Source of the DNA: Agathobacter rectalis
Lineage (GTDB): Bacteria > Bacteroidota > Bacteroidia > Bacteroidales > Muribaculaceae
Reading direction: 5' to 3'
Length of the DNA stretch: 64,000 nucleotides
Assembly (NCBI GenBank): GCA_963625945.1
Contig: CAVFVP010000001.1
Coordinates: forward strand, 8,666-72,665
Shown: positions 55,280-64,000 of the stretch, piece after piece
How positions within the stretch are numbered: the first letter of the stretch is position 1
Layout: each line of letters begins with the position of its first letter
Translations under genes and position numbers: made by a program
The notes under the pieces: model-generated
Databases searched by the model: none
What the model was told of the DNA's origin: nothing
Seen by the model: the letters and a program-made list of their open reading frames with translations, nothing else

Positions 55280-58246
55280 TTACTTCTTTTTCGAAGCTGC
55301 CAAAGCGGCTTTGGCGTGCTTCTTGTTTTCCTTCTTCGAAACAGCGTAAGCTACAGGCGAAGCAATGAAGAGTGATGCCAAAGTACCGAATACCACACCG
55401 AGCATCATTGCGAAGATGAAGCTGCGGATGCTCTCACCGCCCAGGAGGAAGATAACGAGCAGCACGAGGAATGTGGTGAACGATGTGATGGTAGTACGCG
55501 ACAGGGTGCTGCAGAGTGCAGTGTTGAATGTGTCGTACTCATCATCGCGCTTCGGATAGAGGTGACGGTATTCACGCACACGGTCGAACACCACCACAGT
55601 ATCGTTGACCTGATAACCGATCACGGTCAGGATTGCAGCGATAAAGGTCTGGTCGATTTCCATTGAGAATGGGAACAGGCCGTGGAGCGTGTAGCAGCCG
55701 ATTACCAGGAACGAAGTGAATGCCACGGCGGCAAGAGCGCCCAGTGAGAATGCCACGTCGCGGAAACGGAGCAGGATGTAGAGTGCCATTGCTATAAGTG
55801 AGAAGATCACTGCAAGCACGGCGCCACGGGTCATGTCGCTTGCAATGCTCGGGCCCACCTGATCTGTTGAAACCACACCGATAGTTTCGTTAGAAACGCT
55901 GAAGTCGTTGTAGTTCATGTTGCCGATTTCACTCTTGAGGCCCTTATAGAGCTTCTGCATGATTATCTCATCAACGTCTACGTTGGGGTTGTTATTGTCA
56001 ATCATGTAGTTGGTAGAGATGCGCACCTTGGTGTCGTTGTCAATGGTGATGACCGACAAGTTGGCATTCTCAAACTGGCCCTCCAGCTCATTCTGGAGTT
56101 TCTCGGTAGAAACCGGGTGAGTGAATTGAACCACATAGTTGCGGCCACCCGAGAAGTCGATGCCACGACTGAGTCCACGGCCAGGAATCACAAGCATGGC
56201 TACGATGACCACAATCAGAGCCAACGAGATGTAGCGCACTGTCTTGGCCTTGCCCATGAAGTCGAAGTTCACATTCTGCATGAGGTTGCGGCTCATGCTT
56301 GTGGTAAAGGTCACCTTGTTGAACGAGCCCTTGTTGACGAAGTGCTCAAGCACGAGGCGGGTTGCAAACACTGCCGTGAAGAACGAGCAGCAAATACCGA
56401 TCATGGTGGTGATGGCGAAACCGCGGATAGGACCTGTGCCAAGGAATGCGAGAATTATTGATGTGATCACCGAAGTGAGGTTGGAGTCGAAGATTGCCGA
56501 GAAGGCGTTGCTGTAGCCATCGGCCACTGCAGCCTTGATGCCCTTGCCGGCACGGAGCTCTTCCTTGCAACGCTCGAAGATGAGCACGTTGGCGTCGACT
56601 GCCATACCAAGCGCAAGCACGATACCGGCGATACCGGGCAGTGTGAGCACCGACTGGAACGAAGCCAGAATACCGAATGTGAAGAAGAGGTTGAGCACAA
56701 GGCCGAGGATAGCGATGCTACCAGCCTTTACGCCATAAACGCCCACGATGAAGATCATCAGCAGAACCAGAGCCACAGCAAACGACACGAGGCCCTTATT
56801 GATGGCCTCCTGACCGAGCGACGGGCCAATCACGCTCTCGCTGGCGATGTTGACGCGAGCCACCATCTTACCAGACTCAAGCACGTTGGCAAGGTCGTTT
56901 GCCTCTTCGGGAGTGAAGTTACCCGAAATCTGCGAGCGGCCTCCGTCGATTTGGCTGTTGACATTTGGGAAAGAGTAAACCTGGTCGTCGAGCACGATGG
57001 CAATTGCGCGGTTGAGGTTCTGGCCCGTGATGCGCGACCACTGGCGTGCGCCCTCGTCGTTCATTGTCATCGACACCACCTGACCTTGCAGGTTGTCGAA
57101 CTCGCTGGTTGCATCGGTCACCACATCACCGGTGAGCACCGGCTTGCCCTGAACCGTGCGCAGAGCCACGAGCTGGAACATGCGGCCGCCTTCGTCGGCT
57201 GCCTTCACAGTCCAGCAGAGCTTGAGGTCGGTGGGCAGATATTGCTTAGCCACCTGCGAGTGGATGATCTCGTTAACTGCGGCAGTATCTTTCACGTCGA
57301 CCATGCCCACAACAGGAGTAGCAGGGTTGAGCTGCTGTGCGTTGATGAGAGCCATGAGCGGACGGGCCTGTTTCTTGGCGGGAGCGGCAGCGGGCTGCTC
57401 TTTCTTGGCGCTGTCGGCAGCTGCCACTGTGGAGTCGGCGGCTGCGGGAGCCACACCGTTGGCGGTAGCCACGCTCAGGTTGTTGATATCATTGCTTATC
57501 TCGCTCAGCTTATAGGTCTGATAGAATTCGAGGTTGGCTGTTCCCTGGAGGAGCTTACGCACACGCTGCGGTTCCTTGATGCCCGGGAGCTCAAGCAGGA
57601 TGCGGCCTGTACTCTGGAGCTTCTGGATGTTGGGGGCAACCACACCGAAGCGGTCGATACGTGTGCGGAGCACCTTGTATGAGTTCTCCACCATGTCGTC
57701 GACTTCTTTCTTAAGTATGCTTTCAACTTCGGCATTCGATGCGCCCGGCTTTGCCTTCACCTGCTCCACGTTGCGGAATATTTGTGCAAGGCTACCTTCG
57801 GGTGCGAGTTTCTTGTATTCGGCGCAGAACGATGCCACAAAGTCCTCTTGGGCGCTGCGGCTCTTTTCTACAGCGGCAATTGCCTCATTGAATTTCTTGT
57901 CGGGATTCTCATTAGAGAGTGCACGCAAGATGTCGGGAACCGAAATCTGAAGAGTGACGTTCATACCGCCCTTCAGGTCAAGGCCGAGGCCAAGTTCCTT
58001 CTCGCGGACTTCCTGGAAAGTGTAGCCCATGTACACCTTTTGCTTAGCGATTGAGTCGATATACTCATTGTAGGCTGTTCTGTACTTGTCGTTCGACGTG
58101 TCGGCAGTCTTGATGCCGGCAGCGGCAAGTGCTTTCTGCTCTGCGATGCTGTTGTAGTGATAAGTCACAAACGAGAACGAGAGGTAGAATGCACAGACAA
58201 GGATCAGCAGAATGGTAATGACTCTGATAAAACCTTTGGTTTGCAT
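55280..58246 (-). CDS. secDF: Protein translocase subunit SecDF
   Basis: LGLDLKGG, RIDRFGV, GMAVDANVLIFER, GIDFSGG, NDTVVVFDRVRE. Confidence 0.97.
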   Translation of the reverse strand: MQTKGFIRVITILLILVCAFYLSFSFVTYHYNSIAEQKALAAAGIKTADTSNDKYRTAYNEYIDSIAKQKVYMGYTFQEVREKELGLGLDLKGGMNVTLQISVPDILRALSNENPDKKFNEAIAAVEKSRSAQEDFVASFCAEYKKLAPEGSLAQIFRNVEQVKAKPGASNAEVESILKKEVDDMVENSYKVLRTRIDRFGVVAPNIQKLQSTGRILLELPGIKEPQRVRKLLQGTANLEFYQTYKLSEISNDINNLSVATANGVAPAAADSTVAAADSAKKEQPAAAPAKKQARPLMALINAQQLNPATPVVGMVDVKDTAAVNEIIHSQVAKQYLPTDLKLCWTVKAADEGGRMFQLVALRTVQGKPVLTGDVVTDATSEFDNLQGQVVSMTMNDEGARQWSRITGQNLNRAIAIVLDDQVYSFPNVNSQIDGGRSQISGNFTPEEANDLANVLESGKMVARVNIASESVIGPSLGQEAINKGLVSFAVALVLLMIFIVGVYGVKAGSIAILGLVLNLFFTFGILASFQSVLTLPGIAGIVLALGMAVDANVLIFERCKEELRAGKGIKAAVADGYSNAFSAIFDSNLTSVITSIILAFLGTGPIRGFAITTMIGICCSFFTAVFATRLVLEHFVNKGSFNKVTFTTSMSRNLMQNVNFDFMGKAKTVRYISLALIVVIVAMLVIPGRGLSRGIDFSGGRNYVVQFTHPVSTEKLQNELEGQFENANLSVITIDNDTKVRISTNYMIDNNNPNVDVDEIIMQKLYKGLKSEIGNMNYNDFSVSNETIGVVSTDQVGPSIASDMTRGAVLAVIFSLIAMALYILLRFRDVAFSLGALAAVAFTSFLVIGCYTLHGLFPFSMEIDQTFIAAILTVIGYQVNDTVVVFDRVREYRHLYPKRDDEYDTFNTALCSTLSRTTITSFTTFLVLLVIFLLGGESIRSFIFAMMLGVVFGTLASLFIASPVAYAVSKKENKKHAKAALAASKKK

Positions 58247-58698
58247 TTGTTAATTATTATTTATTATTTTTACTAGTTTCCGTGCAAATATAATTTACAG
58301 TTTGCAAATATACTACAAATTCTTCAAGCTTAAAAATATTTACAAGCCGTTTTTGTCTATGCGGCTCAAACTCAATGCCTACAAGCATTTTACGGCTTTA
58401 AGCGGCAATATTGCAACGTCAGCGCCACGGTGGCCGACAGTTAACCTAAACACCACGGCAATAGCGGATTACGCTGGCAACAACAGCCACTTAGACCGCA
58501 CCGCCACACAGTCTCGTGCCACACGGCTGACGGCGTGGTGCTTATGCCCACTTATCGGCCCACAGAAAGCCATGGCACAACCGGCATAGGTTGCCGCACA
58601 CAATCAATACGCCAAAGCCGGGAATCGGCGCTTGACGGTGCACCGGTTCCCGGCTTGATATCATTGGATGCTGGGCACAGCAAACAGCCCGGCCCGAA

Positions 58699-59820
58699 TC
58701 ACAGCAGTTTCTTAAAGCGACTAATGAACTCATCGGCCTGCTCAATGGTGAGCACCAACGGGGGCAGAAGGCGCAGCACGTTTGTGCCGCTGGCTCCGGT
58801 GAACACGTGCTGCTCGTGGATGAGTCGCGAGCGCAGGTCCTTCACCGGGAAGTCAAATTCCATGCCTATCATCAGGCCACGGCCGCGCACCTCCTTGATT
58901 TGCGGAATTTTCTTAAGTTCCGTCATGAGGTGCTCGCCCACAACGCGGGCATTCTCAACCAGGTTTTCGCTCTCAAAGATGTCGAGCACGGCACAAGCAG
59001 CAGCGCAACCCAAATGATTGCCGCCGAAGGTGGTGCCCAGTTGCCCGTATACGGGTTTGATGGCCGGGCTGATGAGCAACGCCGACATGGGATAGCCGTT
59101 GGCAATGCCCTTGGCCACAGTAATGATATCGGGGCGGATGCCTGCATACTGGTGGGCAAAGAACTTACCGGTGCGGCCATAACCGCTCTGGATTTCGTCG
59201 AGCACAAGCACCACGCCGTTGTCTGCTGTGACTTGGCGCAACTGACGCAAGAAGTCATCACTGGGAATCACGATTCCGCCCACACCCTGAATGCCCTCGA
59301 TGATTACGGCAGCCACGTCGCCCTTAGCCACCTCGGCCTTGACGGCCTCAATGTCGCCAAAAGGCACAAAAGTGACATTGCCGCTCATGTTGGAAGGGGC
59401 TTTAATCTTGGGGTTGTCGGTTGCCTCAACGGCAAGCGACGTGCGGCCGTGGAACGCCTTGCTAAAAGCCACAATGCGCTTCTTGCCCGTGTGGAACGAC
59501 GCCAGTTTGAGAGCATTCTCATTGGCCTCGGCACCCGAGTTGATGAGAAACAGCTGATAGTCATCGTAGCCAGATGCCCGGCCCAGCTTGTCGGCAAGGC
59601 GCTGCTGCAGCGAGTTGATCACAGAGTTGCTGTAGAACACCAGGTTCTTGGCCTGATTGATGATTGCCTCCACATAGTGCGGATGGCTGTGGCCCACCGA
59701 AATCACGGCATGGCCGCCATAGAGGTCGAGATACTCGGTGCCTGCCGCATCGTAGGTGTAGCAACCGCGGCCACGCACTATCTCGATATCGTATAATGGA
59801 TAAACGTCGAACAGTTTCAT
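58699..59820 (-). CDS. argD: Acetylornithine aminotransferase
   Basis: NSGAEANE, FHGRT, DEIQSGYGRTG, AKGIANG, GTTFGGN; arg operon context. Confidence 0.93.
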   Translation of the reverse strand: MKLFDVYPLYDIEIVRGRGCYTYDAAGTEYLDLYGGHAVISVGHSHPHYVEAIINQAKNLVFYSNSVINSLQQRLADKLGRASGYDDYQLFLINSGAEANENALKLASFHTGKKRIVAFSKAFHGRTSLAVEATDNPKIKAPSNMSGNVTFVPFGDIEAVKAEVAKGDVAAVIIEGIQGVGGIVIPSDDFLRQLRQVTADNGVVLVLDEIQSGYGRTGKFFAHQYAGIRPDIITVAKGIANGYPMSALLISPAIKPVYGQLGTTFGGNHLGCAAACAVLDIFESENLVENARVVGEHLMTELKKIPQIKEVRGRGLMIGMEFDFPVKDLRSRLIHEQHVFTGASGTNVLRLLPPLVLTIEQADEFISRFKKLL

Positions 59821-59884
59821 TTTTCCTTATTGTCTTTCTTTTTATCTCAGTGTCAGATAATTAAGCGGGTCATGCCAACGGGTG

Positions 59885-60862
59885 TCAAAACGCCGATGGC
59901 TTGAGCATGAGCCCCACACGCTCGTGAAGGCCGAAGAGCAGGTTCATGTTATGCACCGCAGTTCCGCTTGCGCCCTTGATCAGGTTATCAATCACTGATG
60001 TTATTAGCAGTTTGCCGTCAATCTTGTCAAGATGAATGAGGCACTTGTTGGTGTTGACCACATCCTTGAGGTCTACTTCCTTGTCGGTCACAAAGGTGAA
60101 GTTATGGTCGCTATAATAGTCATCATAGAGGCGCCGCACCTCATCGAGTCCAATCGGGCAGTCGAGGTAGAGCGAGGCGAAAATGCCACGGGCAAAGGGA
60201 CCACGCACCGGAATGAAGTCGATGTCGGCCTTGAAGCTTTGCTGCAGTTGCGAAAGCGACTGCTTGATTTCGGCCAGATGCTGATGCTTGAACGGCTTGT
60301 AGATCGACACATTGCCGCTGCGCCACGAGAAGTGGGCCGTGGGCTTGGGCTTGACGCCTGCCCCGGTGCTGCCAGTGATGGCGTTGACATGCACATCGGC
60401 ATTAAGCAGCAGGTTTTTGGCAAGCGGCAGCAATGCGAGCTGAATGGCAGTGGCAAAGCACCCCGGATTGGCCACATGGATGCAGTCGTGCACCAAGCGG
60501 CGGCGGTTAAGCTCGGGAAGACCATAGACAAAATCGTGAGTGCCGTCGGCGATGCGGAAGTCCTGTGAGAGGTCGATTATTCGCATCTCGGCAGGAATCT
60601 CGGCCTTGTGTTCCTCGAGAAAGGGGCGCGAGAATCCGTGAGGAGTGCACAGAAACAGCACATCAGTGCCCTCAAACGGGTATTCAGAAGTGAAACACAA
60701 GTCGCACTCGCCAATGAGACCCTGGTGCACATTGTCGACACGGTTGCCGGCATTGCTTGTGCTGTTGACCCACATGAGGTCCACGTCGGGGTGGTTGACA
60801 AGAATGCGGATGAGTTCGCCGGCAGTGTATCCGGCACCGCCTATTATGCCTGCTTTAATCAT
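59885..60862 (-). CDS. argC: N-acetyl-gamma-glutamyl-phosphate reductase
   Basis: GGAGYTAGEL, YGLPE, ANPGCFAT, IDNLIKGASG. Confidence 0.96.
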   Translation of the reverse strand: MIKAGIIGGAGYTAGELIRILVNHPDVDLMWVNSTSNAGNRVDNVHQGLIGECDLCFTSEYPFEGTDVLFLCTPHGFSRPFLEEHKAEIPAEMRIIDLSQDFRIADGTHDFVYGLPELNRRRLVHDCIHVANPGCFATAIQLALLPLAKNLLLNADVHVNAITGSTGAGVKPKPTAHFSWRSGNVSIYKPFKHQHLAEIKQSLSQLQQSFKADIDFIPVRGPFARGIFASLYLDCPIGLDEVRRLYDDYYSDHNFTFVTDKEVDLKDVVNTNKCLIHLDKIDGKLLITSVIDNLIKGASGTAVHNMNLLFGLHERVGLMLKPSAF

Positions 60863-62664
60863 AATTCGAATTTCTTGCCGTTTTTAGCTTGGTTGTAATG
60901 GTAGACCTTGAGCGGATTGGCGTAAATCTTGGTGAAGCCTTTCACGTCGTCGGCAGTCCAGGCCTTGTTCATCTCGCCATATTCGCCGAAGTTGGTCTTG
61001 CTCAGGTCGTAGTCGCTCTCCACGCCTACCAGCTCGTAGCGGTAGGGCTTGAGGTCGACGAGTACGCGTCCGGTGACATTGCGCTGGCTCTCGACGAGGT
61101 AGGCTTCGATGTCGCGCATCACCGGTTCGAGGTAATAGCTCTCGTGGAAGAACATGCCGTACCACTGGCCCAATTGCTCTTTCCAATATTGCTGCCACTT
61201 GGTGAGAGTGAACTTCTCGAGCATCTTGTGGGCGGCGATTATGAGCAGCGGCGCGCCGGCCTCGAATCCCACACGGCCCTTGATGCCTATGATGGTGTCG
61301 CCAAGGTTGATGTCGCGGCCTATGGCATAGGGTCCGGTTATCTGCTCCAGATACTGGATTGCAGCCACCTTGTCGGTAAACTCACGGCCATCGATGGCCG
61401 AAATCTCGCCCTTGGTGAAGTCGATGCTTATGCGGCGGTCGGCAGTGGCGGTCATCTTGGTGGGATAAGCCTCGTCGGGCAGCGTCTCGTTGCTCACCAG
61501 GGTCTCCTTGCCGCAGATGCTTGTGCCCCACAGACCCTTGTTGTAGCTGTAGGCCATCTTGGTGAAATCGGCCTCGAAGCCGTGCTTCTTGAGGTAGTCG
61601 ATCTCATAGTCGCGAGTGAGCGACAGGTCGCGTGTGGGCGTGATTATTTCGATTTCGGGAGCAAGAACCTGGAACGTGAGGTCGAAGCGAATCTGGTCGT
61701 TGCCGGCGCCAGTGCTTCCGTGGGCCACATACTTGGCTCCAATCTTCTTGGCATAGTTGATGATGGCGATGGCCTGGAACATACGCTCCGAGCTCACTGA
61801 GATGGGATAGCAGCCGTTGCGCAGCACATTGCCCATAACCATGTATTTTATGCTCTTGTCGTAATACTCTTGGGTGATATCGATCGAGGCATGCTCCACA
61901 GCGCCCAGTTCGAGCGCACGGCGGCGTATCTGCTCAAGCTCCTCGGGGCCGAAGCCGCCGGTGTTGGCGATTGCCGTGTACACATCGTAGCCGCAATCTT
62001 CGCTCAGATATTTCACACAGAATGAAGTGTCGAGTCCGCCGCTGAAGGCGAGCACCACTTTCTCGCGTTGTTTTTTACTGTTCTCGTCCATTATTTCATT
62101 TATTATATTAGCGTCATCGGGATGGTCGGCCGGATCATAGAGAAGGGCCGTGCACAGGCACTTCTCGCCGCCGTTGCGCTGCAGAATGTCGTAGTTGACG
62201 CAGCTCTCGCAGCCTTTCCAGAAGTCTTTGTCGGCCGTCAGCGAAGCGAAGGTAACCGGCTTGAAGCCGAGCTTGTTGTTCATGTTGAGCACGGCAGCTC
62301 CGGTGGTGAGGCTGAACACCTTGGCCTGCGGATAGCGCTGGCGCGCAAGCGCAAACACGCGCCTCTTGATGCGCGAAGCCACACCTATGCCCCTGAAGTC
62401 GGGGTGCACAATAAGGCCTGAATTGGTCACAAAGAGCTTGTGGTCCCAACTCTCGATATAACTGAATCCGGCAAAACGACCGTGGTAGAGGGCCAGCACG
62501 GCTTTACGCTCAAGCATCACTTTCTCCACATAGGCGTGGGTGCGCTTTGCAATACCAGTGCCGCGCACTTTGGCGGCATCGCTCATGGTCTTCAGTATCT
62601 CGTCGATATACTTGACGTGATCGACTCCGGCCACTACAATTTCAATTTCGTTGACGTCTATCAT
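60859..62664 (-). CDS. argG: Fused GNAT N-acylglutamate synthase (Bacteroidales ArgA-type) and argininosuccinate synthase
   Basis: N-terminal ~190 aa GNAT (RGTGIAKR, NSGLIVHPDFRG, FWKGC..C...CLCT) in frame with KVVLAFSGGLDTS, HGSTGAGNDQIRF, IGIKGRVGFEA. Confidence 0.92.
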   Translation of the reverse strand: MIDVNEIEIVVAGVDHVKYIDEILKTMSDAAKVRGTGIAKRTHAYVEKVMLERKAVLALYHGRFAGFSYIESWDHKLFVTNSGLIVHPDFRGIGVASRIKRRVFALARQRYPQAKVFSLTTGAAVLNMNNKLGFKPVTFASLTADKDFWKGCESCVNYDILQRNGGEKCLCTALLYDPADHPDDANIINEIMDENSKKQREKVVLAFSGGLDTSFCVKYLSEDCGYDVYTAIANTGGFGPEELEQIRRRALELGAVEHASIDITQEYYDKSIKYMVMGNVLRNGCYPISVSSERMFQAIAIINYAKKIGAKYVAHGSTGAGNDQIRFDLTFQVLAPEIEIITPTRDLSLTRDYEIDYLKKHGFEADFTKMAYSYNKGLWGTSICGKETLVSNETLPDEAYPTKMTATADRRISIDFTKGEISAIDGREFTDKVAAIQYLEQITGPYAIGRDINLGDTIIGIKGRVGFEAGAPLLIIAAHKMLEKFTLTKWQQYWKEQLGQWYGMFFHESYYLEPVMRDIEAYLVESQRNVTGRVLVDLKPYRYELVGVESDYDLSKTNFGEYGEMNKAWTADDVKGFTKIYANPLKVYHYNQAKNGKKFEL

Positions 62665-62897
62665 TTTTTAAATCAAAAGATTTTTGCAAAGCAGCCTGCC
62701 GGCTCAGCCCGGGTGCCCTGCCCGTTTCACTTTCCCGGGAGGGGCTGCTTCTGCATCACATATATGCTTTTTTTGAATTGCCTCCTCTCCACTCAGAGGT
62801 GGAGCCGGGGCTGATATCGTTAATAAATAAGTTGCTTGATTTGGATTGGAGGCCGGGCGGCTTCCTGTCATGGTGCCGGGATTCGGCTCATGGCGGC

Positions 62898-63407
62898 TCA
62901 CTCTTCACTGTCACCGCTCTCGACCATGTCTTGAATAGGAATAAAACGCGCGAACACCTCCAGTGCTCGTCGTCGCGACACTCCTTCCCGCAGCACGGCA
63001 AACACCGTGTCGGCACCTGCGATTGTGCCCATCACCTCAGGCACTCGGCTCATGTCGATGTCGTAAGCCACACCAGCGGCATAGCCGTTGCGCGTCTTGA
63101 TGATGGCGATGTTGCCCGAGAACTCTATCGACACGAAACTCACCTTTTGGTTGGCCGTGATTGAACTTTGGCCGCTTCTCAGCAGCGAATCCTGAATTTC
63201 ATTGCCTGCCGGAATGATATACATGTAGCTGCCGCCGTCGTTGGCCACCTTGGTGATGCGCAGCATCTTTAGGTCGCGCGAAAGGGTGGCCTGGGTCACA
63301 TTGAACCCACGCTCCTTCAGCATAGCGGACAGTTCATTCTGGCTGCCTATGCAATTGTTCTGTATCAGCTCGGTTATGAGCTGAAGCCTGTTCTTCTTAT
63401 TTTTCAC
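62898..63407 (-). CDS. argR: Arginine repressor
   Basis: SQNEL, VTQATLSRDL, GTIAGADT; GTG start. Confidence 0.95.
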   Translation of the reverse strand: MKNKKNRLQLITELIQNNCIGSQNELSAMLKERGFNVTQATLSRDLKMLRITKVANDGGSYMYIIPAGNEIQDSLLRSGQSSITANQKVSFVSIEFSGNIAIIKTRNGYAAGVAYDIDMSRVPEVMGTIAGADTVFAVLREGVSRRRALEVFARFIPIQDMVESGDSEE

Positions 63408-63468
63408 TTTGCAATAGGTGGGACGGACCGGCCGGGCCGGAACCGCCTGTTACAATCAATTTCAAGTG

Positions 63469-63533
63469 CAAAGTTAATAACAAAAAAACAAAAATGCACA
63501 ATCGACAGCAACCAATGTGCATTTTTATACACC
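63469..63533 (-). promoter_or_regulatory. arg operon promoter with a candidate ARG box
   Basis: TAACTTTG at 63476-63469; ARG-box-like TGTGCATTTTTATACACC at 63516-63533; perfect 11-bp inverted repeat at 63490-63500 / 63516-63526. Confidence 0.55.
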
Positions 63534-63631
63534 TTTATCCCTTTCAAATTGCAATCAGCCGTCTGCGAGGGCACACGAGGCGTGACTGGATTTGCGGGGA
63601 GTGGAAAAATGCGTTATATTTGCATATGGTC

Positions 63632-64000
63632 ATGAATGCCACACAGCCACTGATATCGGTTATAGTGCCCTGCTACAATGTGGAGCCGTATCTTGAGCGT
63701 TGCTTCGCCAGCATCGCCAGACAGAGCTATGGACACATCGAGATGATACTGATCGACGACGGTAGCACCGACGGCACCGGAGCCATGTGCGACCGGTTGG
63801 CCGCGACCGACAGTCGCACACGCGTGGTGCACAAGGCCAACGGCGGACTGTCGGACGCCCGCAATGCCGGAATCGACATGGCATGCGGAGAACTGCTGGC
63901 ATTTGTCGACAGCGACGATTACATGCCGCCTTACGCCATCGCCACCCTGCTCGGCGTGATGCAAGCCACCGGGGCCGACATTGCCGAAGGGCGCCAAATG
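63632..64000 (+). CDS. Glycosyltransferase family 2, N-terminal part (runs off window; absent from the ORF track)
   Basis: Own translation: MNATQPLISVIVPCYNVEPYLERC...LIDDGSTD...NGGLSDARNAG...FVDSDD. Confidence 0.92.
   Translation, partial: MNATQPLISVIVPCYNVEPYLERCFASIARQSYGHIEMILIDDGSTDGTGAMCDRLAATDSRTRVVHKANGGLSDARNAGIDMACGELLAFVDSDDYMPPYAIATLLGVMQATGADIAEGRQM

Noticed and set aside
62704..62901. 65-aa ORF as an arginine attenuator leader peptide
   Set aside because: No Arg codon cluster and no convincing initiation context.
63490..63526. 11-bp inverted repeat as an invertible (phase-variable) promoter
   Set aside because: The arms are only 15 nt apart and do not enclose the -7 element, and no recombinase is nearby; better explained as an operator.

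Overview
64 kb of mostly core chromosome from a GC-rich (judged by eye) Bacteroidales bacterium, probably Muribaculaceae-like. This assignment is inferred from TAnnTTTG promoters, T9SS genes and gene content. About 50 CDS and two tRNAs (Asp-GTC, Lys-CTT) are present; no integrase, transposase, CRISPR array or rRNA was seen. Core content: waaA (partial), asnA, lemA/TPM, FadL-like porin, aroA, ruvB, cobB, ssb, proC, acyl-CoA synthetase, rnr, secDF, an arg operon (argR, GNAT-argG, argC, argD) and a partial GT2. Most notable observations: (1) a truncated polyvalent-protein-type kinase ORF containing a canonical internal housekeeping promoter (TTTG-N19-TAACTTTG) 25 nt upstream of an overprinted 71-aa ORF in another frame, a candidate nested antitoxin/immunity gene; (2) two convergent ECF sigma + dual-membrane-spanning anti-sigma (Dma/Reo-like) pairs flanking a NigD-like lipoprotein, with a shared candidate ECF promoter TGCA(A/G)T(A/G)-N15-TG(T/A)TT; (3) a NagB/PIG-L fusion with substituted catalytic residues in both domains; (4) an ArgA(GNAT)-ArgG fusion that keeps an internal start-like region; (5) porY-like, porW/sprE and porX genes in one co-directional run, with a long charged helical tail on PorW; (6) a solo LuxR-HTH gene followed by about 350 nt of multi-hairpin sequence. 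All family calls come from motif recognition only; no searches were run.
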